From Octopus vulgaris (taxonomy: Eukaryota): a stretch of DNA of 64,000 nt. Each line of letters starts with the position of its first letter. The first letter of the stretch is position 1. Under the pieces are notes generated by a model. The model worked only from the letters and a program-made list of their open reading frames with translations. It ran no database searches and was not told where the DNA came from. The position numbers were made by a program, and so were the translations under genes. The DNA is taken from contig OX597823.1 in the NCBI GenBank assembly GCA_951406725.2, forward strand, positions 24,738,001 to 24,802,000, read 5' to 3'. Below are positions 1 to 11,900 of the stretch, in pieces.

Positions 1-570
1 GTCAATATAATAAGTACCACCTGAGCACTCAGGTAAATGTAATCAACTAGCCCTCTCCTCACAAAATTTCAAGCTTTGTGCCAACAGTAGAAAGAATCCT
101 TAAGGCAGCAAGCCAGCAGAATCATTAGCATACCAGACATAAAGCTTACTGGCATTTCATCCATCTTTATGTTTTGAATTTGAATTTCCCACACGGTTGA
201 CTTTGCCTTTCATCTTTCAGCAGTCACTGAAATGAGTTGCAGTTGAGCACTGGGGTCAAAGAAACTGACTTACATCTCCTCCTCACAAAACTTCACATCT
301 TGTGCCTATAGGAAAACGAATCATCATCATCATTACAGCATTATTACTCTTTCTAAGACAAAGAGCTGGCAGAATTATTAGCAAACCAAACAAAATGCTT
401 AGTGCATTTCTTCTGGTTTTACATTCTGGGTTCAAATTCCTTTCAAATTACCTTTGCCTTTCATTATTTTGGATCAATAAAATGGATATCAGTTGATCAT
501 TGGAGCCAGTGTAATTGACTGAGCCCCTAACTGAAAAGTTCAGTCCTTGTGCCTTTAGTGGAATGAATCT
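1..570 (+). mobile_element. Three tandem degenerate copies of a SINE-like repeat (~210 nt unit)
   Basis: Recurrent motifs gcagaatcattagca / gggttcaaattcc (B-box-like) / tttgcctttcat / gagcactggggtc / cttgtgcc in units at ~1-100, ~100-325 and ~355-570. The same family recurs inverted at ~5590-5790, 23290-23480, 31350-31570 and 45990-46205. Confidence 0.6.
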
Positions 571-1570
571 TTATTTTTAACACTAATATTATGTTGTATA
601 TTTAAAACTTTAGATAATTATGTACGCCTTACAACTAAAATTTTGAAGACAATATTCGAAAGCCATTTGGTTCATTATTTTCTAAACAGACAATTTGATA
701 TAAAAATACAATACACCCATGAAATTATTTTTCTGCATGAGATACCCTTCTCAGAATTAATGTACAATCTAGTATACCATGAGACACACATGGAACCTTG
801 CCTCAGTTTTAAGTTGTAGATAATATATTTGTACACCCCTCTTCTGATGGTGTGCTTTTGTTTAAGATTAAATGACCATAAGGATACTTCACATGCTGGT
901 TGATGATCTTTTGAATTATGTTAAGATTCTACAAAAGCACACTGTTAGATAGGAAGGCACAAATGGATTACATGCAACTTAAATTTTGAAGCAAGGTTTC
1001 AAATGTGTCTGAAGATGGTCTACATTCACATGAACTATGACTAAGTTGTCATTTTGTGGATCAATTATTTGTTTATAATACAGGTATGTCCAACCCATGC
1101 TTGCATGGAAAATGAACATTAAATGATTTCTGTGATGATGATGAGGATCACCATTTAAAACAAATTATGTGACAGATATTATATAGTATCTAATATGTGT
1201 GTGTGAATATAAAATGTCTTTTTTGTTTTCTTTCATTCCTTTTTTATCTAGCCGATGATGATGTTTTTACACTTAAAAGGACTACCATACCACTTCACGA
1301 TACATTTGGTCGGATTAATAGAGTCACTTTAAAGGAGTGTGAACGTGCTTGCCTTCAAATTCCAGGATGTAAATCATATGAGTATCATGAAAATAAAGAA
1401 TTCTGTAATCCATCTAATGAAACTCACCTGACTAATGACCTTAAACCTGACAAAGATGGATGGGATATATATATCATGAACCCAGGTCAGTGGAGTGTAT
1501 TCATTTAATTTTATGTGTGTCTGCATGCATGTACATGTCAGGTTGTCTGCATCTACATTTGCACATATGT
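570..1570 (+). repeat. Segmental duplicate (intron + exon B1) of ~15460-16460
   Basis: Colinear similarity, e.g. gagacacacatggaaccttgcctca and ggatacttcacatgctggttg occur in both copies. Confidence 0.9.
1252..1485 (+). CDS. Exon B1: PAN/Apple domain type B
   Basis: ctag|CC..CCAG|gtcagt, 234 nt; [77 protein letters not shown]. Confidence 0.9.
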
Positions 1571-4112
1571 ATTATATGTATGTTTATAATACATACACAC
1601 ACACACACATGTACATCAGTTCAAGGGAATCCTGTAGCTTATGGTCAATAGCTTATTAGTATCTAGCATACATATGGCTTGTATAGAACACTCAATGCAA
1701 AAATAACAGAAGTCTGCATTTTTAAATGAAGTAAATGATGATTGCCTACTTATAGGTAATTCTGAACCCTTTTTTTAATGCTGATTTCAAATATGTTTTT
1801 AGTTTTTTCCTATCACATACATACATTTTACACAAATGGCTGCCAAAGTTATGATTTTTCTTGTCATTCATTCCCAGTTGTGGCAGACTTTTAGATAAAA
1901 GTATGATAAAATTAAGAGCACATCACTAGAACAGTAATAAAAAAGATATGAATTGTGTGTAAGCCTACATATTGACTAAATATATTTTTTTAATGCACTT
2001 ACCATGGCTTTAAAGTAATTTTACTCCTTTTCAAACTTCTTTTACTTTGATTTCCTTCCAACTTTTGGTAGTTACTTGCAGTCTCTCTTTAATGTTCAGC
2101 AATAATCTGCCATCATGTTTATATTCCATTCCCCACCCTCTGGTACCTTCACTCCATTTATTTAAACTCCAGGTGAAATCTCTCACCACGATCTTCATTT
2201 AGATTGCCAAGGTACTCCAGAAAATAGTCAAGGTGTGAGTGCATTTTAACATTTATGTTGCACCTAAGCTTTTTGAAGTTTTGCAACATGGTATCAACTA
2301 TGACTTTGTAATTAGAACACTTATTGTTTACCAAAAATTTCGTAACAACACACTTGAAGCTTACCCATGCCTGTTTTTGAGATTCATTCATGGATTTCTC
2401 ATAATCTGGACCAACAAATATTCTGCTTTAATTTTCTCACTCGTTATATTTGGGAAATTTTTTTTGAGAGATACTGCAAACATGGTCCATATGCAAGCAA
2501 AGATTTAATGAACCATTTCATCAAACCCAGTTTGATGTGCAAAGGTGGTAGCAGTACTTTTGTAGGTTCAATCAAGGGCCAGTGCAGAATATTTTTGGAT
2601 CCGAGTAACAAACGTCTCCTTTGTGGTCAGTTTTTAACCATCCAGTGCTTTTCTATAGCTCTGCTCTCCCATTCACAAAAGAAACATGGCATTTTTGTGT
2701 GACCTGCCTGCTGGCCTAAAAGCATGCCTATCGTTTTGAAATCTCCACACACTTGCCAGTGGTATTCTGCATACTTTATATTTAACAAGTTTTTTTACGT
2801 TTTCATATGTCTCCTTTAGTTGTACAGAATGTGCCATTGGAATGGATAAATACTTATTTCCATTGTATAGCAAGGCAGCCTTCAAACTCATTTTGGAAGA
2901 ATCAATGAATAGCCTTTATTCTGTGGGATTGTTCTCAATCTCAAAATAGTTTAGTGGGTTTGGAATATTATAGCAAAACACCACTCATGCATCCTCAGCA
3001 AAAAATGGTAACAACTCATGTTCTCTGTGAATCCTTGTCTGGTACCAGATCGAACCCAATATCTAATACATTCCTTCCAGTCATGAGGCCAAACATCCCT
3101 GCAAATTTCATTGAATCTATCCAGCAGTTCTTGAGATATCTTGTCCACAGACAAACAAACAAACGCGACTGAAAACAATACCTTCACCTTCACTAAGGCA
3201 GAGGTCATAATATCGTAGTATACAATATAAAATAACTTTTCTCTTTTCTTCTCTTTTATTTCTTAATCTTTTTTGTATTTTATACCCCTCATAAAAAATT
3301 ATCTGTGTTTCTTCTTCCATTTTTCTCATTTCATTATTTTTTTCTCCCTGCAAAAAATCTATTTCTCTCTATATCCTTACTTAAATTTTTTTCTCATAAA
3401 TATTTAAATTCCTCTCTGAAGTATGCAAACTATAATTTTTCTGTGAATAATAGAATAGGTACTTTAGTACATTGAAATGCTAAATAATTAATAGTCATTA
3501 TAATTTTTCTATGAAATACATTCTAAATTACTATTTTAATATGTAATATCGAATTATTTTCCTCTTTTATATCCCAAATCATTTATGTTTACTTTTTTCC
3601 CGCCTCAAAAATCTATTTCATCTCTCAATTAGTCTTCAATACCATTAACAGCCCATATTCTAATTAAATGACTACTTTATGTCCGTTAACACTTATAGGT
3701 CTATTTTTCAAATACATCATAGTATGTTAGCAAGATTTCATTAAATAATATCTCTCCACATGACTTTGGTGTCCTAATATATTATTGTTTATGTTATTTG
3801 AATATTTGAAAATACGGTCATCATCTTACTTATTTCGTTGCTCACTACCAGAAAGTAAACGTCCACTCTGATGATATCCGCCCATAATGTGGGGTTACTT
3901 TACATCTAACATTGCTTGAATGGTGATGATCTGAAGCTATTGGCTAGATTGAAACATATGTAGGATGCTTTTATGTAGAATTCTTTTTCTTTTGTTGATT
4001 CTGTTCCTTTAAATCTCAAATCTTATATGTATTACTTTTTTTTATTGTGATACAAATAAAATTGACTAAGTATCCACTATATTTCTTCTCAATTTTATAT
4101 TATATTAACTTT

Positions 4113-4168
<56 letters not shown>

Positions 4169-4194
4169 TGCTGTACATGTATATAATGTGTGTG

Positions 4195-4229
<35 letters not shown>

Positions 4230-4247
4230 TACTGTACATGTATATAA

Positions 4248-4297
<50 letters not shown>

Positions 4298-7200
4298 TAC
4301 ATTATATACATCTACATGAATACATATATATATATATATATATAGGGAAATTTAATAAGGAGATGAACTTTCAAGATGTTGTTAAATCATTTTTATCTTG
4401 AATTCTTCTACATGTCTTCCAACGGATATACTCCAAAATGTCCAACAGGATAAATTATTGTAAGCAATGCATCAATCTCATCAAGAAGGATATACATAAC
4501 AAACTCATCAGACAGACATGTTAACAGAAATAGAAAGTCCTATCATACGTAACATATTTATATTCATATGCACACACTTGTAAACACTCAAATATTTGAC
4601 ATGTAAATATAAACATTTTATACCTACTAAAAAACACAAATGTATACAACCCCACCACACATACACATTATATACAGGTACATGCATAGATATATACATA
4701 CAAGTATGATGTATGTATTTATATCTGAATGCAAATTTCTTCTGTCTGATTCACTCAATACTATTTATTGTAATATTGCCATTTCCACCTAATTCTCATC
4801 CTCCTCTTAAGATCCACATAACATTCATATCGGTTTCTCTTTTCAATTCCAGTTTACTCAAATGTTAGCTGTGAAACTCCGAAAGATATTGCTCATACAT
4901 CAAAGTCCTACAATTCCACCAACTATAGATCTGAGGTGACCTATACTTGTCCAGGGGGAGAAAAGTTCAAGTCAATTTGTGGAAAGGACAACAAATGGAC
5001 TCCAATGATATCTCTTTGTAAAGGTAACATAAATAGCTCCTCTTTTGTTGTCTCTAGATAATTTTGTTTACTTTCTATAATAAATGTCTTTGTCAGGGGA
5101 AAACTGGTTGACTCAATATTAATTTTCTAAGTGTCTGTGGTTGGTATGTGGAAAACATTTCCACAAATTATGCAACATTAATTCTACCCAAGGGCCAGGT
5201 AATGCTATGAAATTGGGTGATGTGTTAAGTCTGCCAAACAAAAGCTGGAAGTGTAGAAACTTGTCACAAACAAGCTTCCAACATAGAGTCCATCAACCAG
5301 ATTTCATGCACAAAGCTTAGTTGTGAAGCAAATTCTTAACCTCAGACAAAACTATGCAGCTGTTAGGTAAACTTCTTACCTCTATAGCTATTCCTTGATA
5401 AATCTTGATAGTTTTTTTCTCTTAATTTCTAACTTAACCTTTTGCACCCTTGCTTTCTATTGTCATCCTAATCATTTTACAATATAATTCCATGGGTCCT
5501 CATTTCATAAAACTCGGCAGCCCTTTAAAACGACTTCTGAGACACTTGTTATTTTCCAATTCATACCCTTTAATTATATTATTAATAATAATGCTTCTTG
5601 ATTTATACACAAAGGTAAGTTTTGATGGGAGCTGTTTAGTCAACACCATCAGCCTTATAACTTGATGTAGACATTATGTCATTGACCGCCAACAAGTATG
5701 AAAGGCAAAGTGAACTCTGGATTCATTTGAACTGATATCCAAAAGTGCTGAAATACATAATTTAAAGCATTTCTTCCAATTCTCTTATTAGTATACATTG
5801 ATAATAATGTTGAAGATGATGATGCAAAATTCTTGGGTTTAAATGGATGTCAGTCTAGGGTTAATTGAAGAACCCCCATCATTGAACATTAGGCTCATCT
5901 CTCAGGACAAATGGGGAGTGTGAGGCAATTATTGGGATGGAACTCCCAAGATGAATGTTTACTCCAATTTTTGTAACCTAAACTACAGGTTTATGCACTG
6001 TGGTCCCTATCCACTCTTCCTTATCATTCTTATCTGTTTTACAAGTGTTACTTTATGACCAAAATGGAAAGTCCCAGTCATTAGATCTTTCAACTTCATC
6101 CACTATTTTTGCTATAGCTACTAGATAGCAAAACTGCCTTTTCTTCACTGTTAAAATAAGTACCAGGGTCGATAAAATCAGTACCATTTGAACACTGGGG
6201 TCTATGTAATCAACTTACCTCACTTCTGAACTTGCTGGCCTTGTGCCAAAATTTGAAACCCAAATTATTATTCTTGTTGTATTTCATTGGCCTAAATTTT
6301 ATTCTATGTCTAGATTTTAAGAATCAATTTGTGGAAGTAAATGATTCATTGCTTGATGTACCTGCAAAAAAATTGTGGAAAAAGAAAAACGTTACAGCAG
6401 AAGCCTGTGCAAAAAAATGTTTCTCTGATAAAAAGTGTTTATCATTTGAAATAAGCAAAAGAAGTGGAAAATGCTTCTTATCAAAGAACACTGCAGCTAC
6501 CTCCAACAAATTAAAGGCAGCCAAAACCAGAAATTACTACCAACGAATAAAACGTAATTATCCTTTGTATTTTATTACTGGAACTAGCTGGCCCCATGCC
6601 ATCAAAAATCACGGCTAATTGTTGTATTTTATATAGATATAAGGTATATAATAATCACATATACAAAAATTCATATACTTCCTTACTACATGCGCACACA
6701 TGTACACATATACTCACACAGCACTGAAATGTTATTTGATTTTTGTTTTCAGCATTAAATGTTCATTCACACATACAAACATTCACATTTTGCCATCACT
6801 CCTTCCTTCCTTATTCATTTATCACCTCTTTCTTCCTTTCTCATTCATATGTTGTGATGGAGAAAAACACAAGATTACAAGAGTATTATTATATCACCAT
6901 CTCACTTCCATTGCACACACACACTCACACAAATATTCACATACTTCCCTTTTTACATATACACACATAATCACACAGAGTTGAAATGCTGTTTGATTTT
7001 TTTCACCCCCCTTCCTTATTCATCTATCACCCCTTCCTTTCTCATTCATATGTTTTGACAGAGAAAGACACAAGAGTATTATTATAGTAGATTATTGTTG
7101 TTTTTACTCAGGTTTGGTCCTATTCCTAACAGTATTTATGTGGGTAGCAAGTACCACTTGTAACCTTAGGTATCCACTAGCTTTCAGTAGCCTTTCAAGT

Positions 7201-8240
7201 CTGGTAACTTTTTTGTACCACCTCGTGTAACTAATAGGCCATTTCAAAATTATACACTACATGCATTATAATATTTACTCTGTGTGTGTGTGTGCATGCA
7301 ACTGTTTTGAGTGTGGGTATAAAATTTACTCTTTGTTTTCTTTTTTCTTTCTAGCCAAAGATAGAAAAACTGTGCTTCGTAAAGTTAGCATACTTCAGCA
7401 AGATATTTTAAAACAGCTTCAGAATGTGAACTTAAAGAAGTGTAATGAAGCTTGCCATCAACATCCAGAATGTAATGCATTTGAGTACAAGAAGAGAGAA
7501 ATGGTCTGTGATTTGAGTAATGGGACTCATATGACTGATAAACTTAAACCCAATGATGGAAATGGAGATACTTATATCTTTGATAAAAGTGAGTAGAGTA
7601 TTTTCATTTTATTTTTATGTACATGCTTGTGTGTATCTTACATATTAAAATTGAAAATGTGTGTGTGTGTGTGTATTGGTTTGTCCTCATTTTGCACTAA
7701 AACGGCTCGACCGATTTTGTATGTATGTGGATGTATGTGTGTATGTTTATGTATGTATAAGTATGTACGTATTTATATGTGTGTATATCTATATATATAT
7801 ATATGTTTATATATATATGTGTGTATGTATATATATATATAAATTAGAAAAATATATATATATAAATTAGAAAATTTAAATTATACCATTTAGAAAAATT
7901 ACATATTATAGAAAGATTAAATATTAGATAAAACATATAACAATGATTCAGTAATGTGCAAAATAATAAATAAAACATATATATTTGGTATAAAATGTAT
8001 AATATATACATTTTATCTATTATTTTGCACATTACTTAATCATTGTTATATGTTTTATCTTATATTTAGTCTTTCTATGATATGTAATTTTTCTAAATGG
8101 TATAATTTAATTTTTCATTATTGAATTGATAAAAGGTGGATTTTTTTCTAATTTATATATATATATATTATATTTTGTGAAATTTGATTTAGTATTTCTA
8201 AATTGAATTTTTCCCTGTAAATTTGGAATAATATTCCTTC

Positions 8241-8284
<44 letters not shown>

Positions 8285-8547
8285 TGTATGTATGTGTCTA
8301 TATAGGCTGTGCCTTTCCACTGCCAGTATAGTGTATCTGCCTAAAATACACACACATTAGGATATTTGGACTTTTACTTATAGGAGTATGACTGATTACT
8401 TGTATATATATGAATACCTATATTTCTTTGAGTGTAGGCAACTCCTATATGTATGTAGGTGTATGTATGTGTATGGGTGTATATATGTGTATGCATGTGA
8501 ATCTGTCTACATTTGTATGTACCTGTGTAAATATGTATATATATATG

Positions 8548-8602
<55 letters not shown>

Positions 8603-8967
8603 AAAAAATATGTTAGTGTATATGTATTTTTATAAATGTGTGTATGGCTGTCCATGTATATATGTGTGTGTAATATATATGTATGTATGTCTATATATAT
8701 GTATGCATATGTATGTGGACATATATGTATGTATGCATGTAAGTGTCTATATATATATATGCATGCACTTAATTGTATATATAAATATATATTTGTAAAT
8801 GTATGTATGTGTATTTGTATATGCATATATCTATGTTTGTATATAAGTATATAGATGTATGTGTGTGTATATATATGTGGGTATATGTATGTATATATCA
8901 TAAAATAATATATACCTGAGTGTCCTGTTATGCAAGTTAGAAATCATATAAACTTTTTTTAAATGTC

Positions 8968-8999
<32 letters not shown>

Positions 9000-11900
9000 T
9001 GTATGTATGTATGTATGTACGTGTGTATGTATGTATGTATGTATGTATGTATGTATGTATGTGTGTATGTGCATAGGTGCATATATGCCCATCTGCTTGT
9101 ATATAAGTATCAAATGAGCAATATCAGATAACAATATCAAGCTGTATTGTCATAAGTCAGTTGTATTTCCCTTGGGTAAATATCAGCAGCATGAAGTGAA
9201 GAGACTTACATGTCTGGCCAACTGCATATTTTCCTCAAAATGTCTTGCATATGTTCAGAGGAAGAGTTGACTAGTCTACCTTGACTGCAGGAGGCCCTAT
9301 TAAATAAACACTTATGCAACTCTGTGTGTGTGCATACGCGTTTCATCCTCATCATCATCTTTTAACATTCATTACTCTATGCTGGCTGGCATGGATTAGA
9401 CTTTCTGACTGGAACCAGCCAGAGAGGCATGGTCAACTTCAATGTCAGCTTTGGCAGGATTTCTATAGTTGGATGCCCTTCCCAACACCAGCCACTTTAC
9501 AGATTGTGTTGGATGCTTTTGTTCTGGCACCAAGTATATGCAAAACAAGACCTCCTCATCTGAATGGGGATTAGTACTGAAGAATGTGAAAATATGATAG
9601 AGGAACAGGAAAAATTGTCTTACTGAAAAGGTGAATACAATTGCTTTGCTTGATGGAAAGAGGAAGAGAGATGGTGAGGATGCATTCTGAAGACAAAAGG
9701 TGAATATGAGTGATAAAAATAGAGGAGCAGAAAAGGTGGGCGAGTAGGTAAGTGTACACAGCATATTGCCATTCATCATGGTCCTTTGTCGTCTCCATGA
9801 AACTCAGGATCTTGAGATCAGCCTTCATTACTTCATCACATGTATTCCAGGATCTCCCCAACCATAAGTTCCATCCATTTTAAGTGACTTTGCACTTCTC
9901 TGTGCAGCTGTATTCATCCATGTGCATCACATGACTATATCAGCAGTCTTATTTCTTACACACAACATCTGATTCTTCTTATGCCTAATTATTTGCACTT
10001 TCTAAACATGCACACTGATCTTGCACATTCTTTGAAGTACTTTATCTCTAGTTTTTTCATATGCTCTAGATATATGGCCGACATCTCACTGCCATGTATT
10101 ATAGGTGGTCATATACAAGCAATATACAATCTGCCTTTCTCTCAGAGAGAGAGAGATTTTGTTGCCAAAGATGTAATTGCTCTCTGAACTTTTTCCATCT
10201 TATCCTTAGTCTAGCAACTACACATGCAGAACATTCTCCTCTACTGCTAATTAGGTCACCAATGTTACAGAAACTATCAACAACTTCTAGAGAGCCTTCT
10301 GGTCATCATCATCATCATCATCATCAACGTTTAATGTCTACCTTCTATGCTGGCATGAGTTAAATGGTTTGACAGGAGCTAGCCAAGCAGGAGCCTGCAC
10401 TGTTGCTTCTGTGTCTGTTTTTGGCATGGTTTTTATGGCTGGATGCCCTCCCTAACACCAACCACTCTGTAGAGTGGGTTGAGTGCATTTTACATGACAC
10501 TCACACAGGCAAGGTCAGTTTGGCATGGTTTTTACAGCTGGATGCCCTTCCAAATGTCAACCACTTTACAGTGTGGACTGGGTTCTTTTTAAGTGGAACC
10601 TGCACCAGTGGGGATCACCAAGTGAATTTGCAATTCAAAGAGTCTTTGAGAGCAGAAGGAGCATTGGAAGAGATGACCTTGTGTCAGAGGATGAAAGATT
10701 AGAGAGGCAGAAACATTTGTCTTGCTGCAGAGGAGGTCCATGGTTACCCAGCAAGAGAGAGAGAGAGGGAGATGAAGAGAAGAGAGAGAAAGCGAGCAAG
10801 AGTTAGCGAGAATGAGGGCAGAAACAGTTGCCTAGAGAGAGAGAGGAGTTAACAAGAAAGAAGTGTACTGTCGCAAAGGAGAAATATGGTTACCTAGCCA
10901 GAACAAGAGAAAGAAGGGGAGAGAGTGATCAAGAATGAGGGCAGAAACAGGTTTGTTGCTGTAGGAGAGATACATGATTACTCAGCTGGACAAAAGAATA
11001 AGGGAAAGAAGAGAGAGAGAGTAGGAGACAACAAGAGCAGGAGAGGGGTGGCGGCAAGTGTGTCAGGGTATACTTGCAAGGAATGGGTATCAGGGCATAG
11101 ATGGGATGGTAGAGTAAGGAAGAGGAGTGGGGGTTAGAATGGGGAATGCAGTGACTGGTGAGAATCTGGGTATATAGAGGACGAGAGGGAGGGGGAAGTA
11201 ATGATACAGTGAGTAGGGTTGTGAAGACTGGATTGAAGTGTGGAAGATAATCATAGTGTATGAAGAAGAAATATGAGGAAGAGAAGAGAAACAGTTTGGG
11301 AAGTGGGGGATGTAGTTTAGTTTGTTGGCCCAGAGTGTATAAAAGTTTTATTGTTACATGTGGATGGGACATAACGCTTCTAGAATTCAGGTTCCCTGAT
11401 GTAGGTGGGTCTTCTCTAGAATTTCATATTGCCAGACATCTCGGTCCAGTGTCAGTTCATCACTGTACTCATGGCCAACTCTCACCTTACTAACAGCCCC
11501 TCTGTGCATGGTTTTTATGGTTCTAACAAACTACTCCTCTACTCTTAACTTCCTGAGAGACCACCATATAACAGAGTGTAGGACTGTCAAAAACATCTCC
11601 AGGTTGATGAAAGCTAAGTGAAGTGGCTTAATCTTGGCCAAATACTTTTCCTGCAGCTGTCTCACTAGGAAGATGGCATCTGTAGTACTCTCCCCAGGTA
11701 CAAAACCAAACTGTATCTCATTTAGTGTAATTCTATTCTTAATCGGTTGAGCTATGACTCTCTCTGTAACTTTCATGACCTGGTTTAATACCTCTGTAGT
11801 TGTTTCTATTTAAGGCATCACTTTTAACCTTGTAGCAGCTAACTATAATACTACACCAGTCATTGCTGTAGTAATATTATAGTTAGCTGCTGATTAGCTA

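Noticed and set aside
1197-1251. Hydrophobic N-terminal stretches on the PAN ORFs that look like signal peptides (e.g. [13 protein letters not shown]), implying many small single-exon genes
   Set aside because: They are translations of polypyrimidine tracts ending at the AG acceptor, and most ORF starts are GTG/TTG rather than ATG.
1522-1532. TGCATG (Rbfox-type) motifs downstream of B1, B3 and B4
   Set aside because: TGCATG is frequent in the TG/CA/TA-rich background here and absent after other B exons; enrichment cannot be shown.
4095-4401. ORFs rich in YI/CV/HT repeats (also 7627-9082, 30225-30478, 54722-55336, 57560-57960, 60557-61142)
   Set aside because: Translations of TA/TG/TACA microsatellites, which lack stop codons; no coding signal.
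5450-5665. 71-aa ORF repeated almost identically at 19073..19288 (likewise twin ORFs near 30812-31575 and 61381-62316)
   Set aside because: These lie in duplicated intron or SINE sequence; similarity reflects DNA duplication, with no domain features or splice signals.
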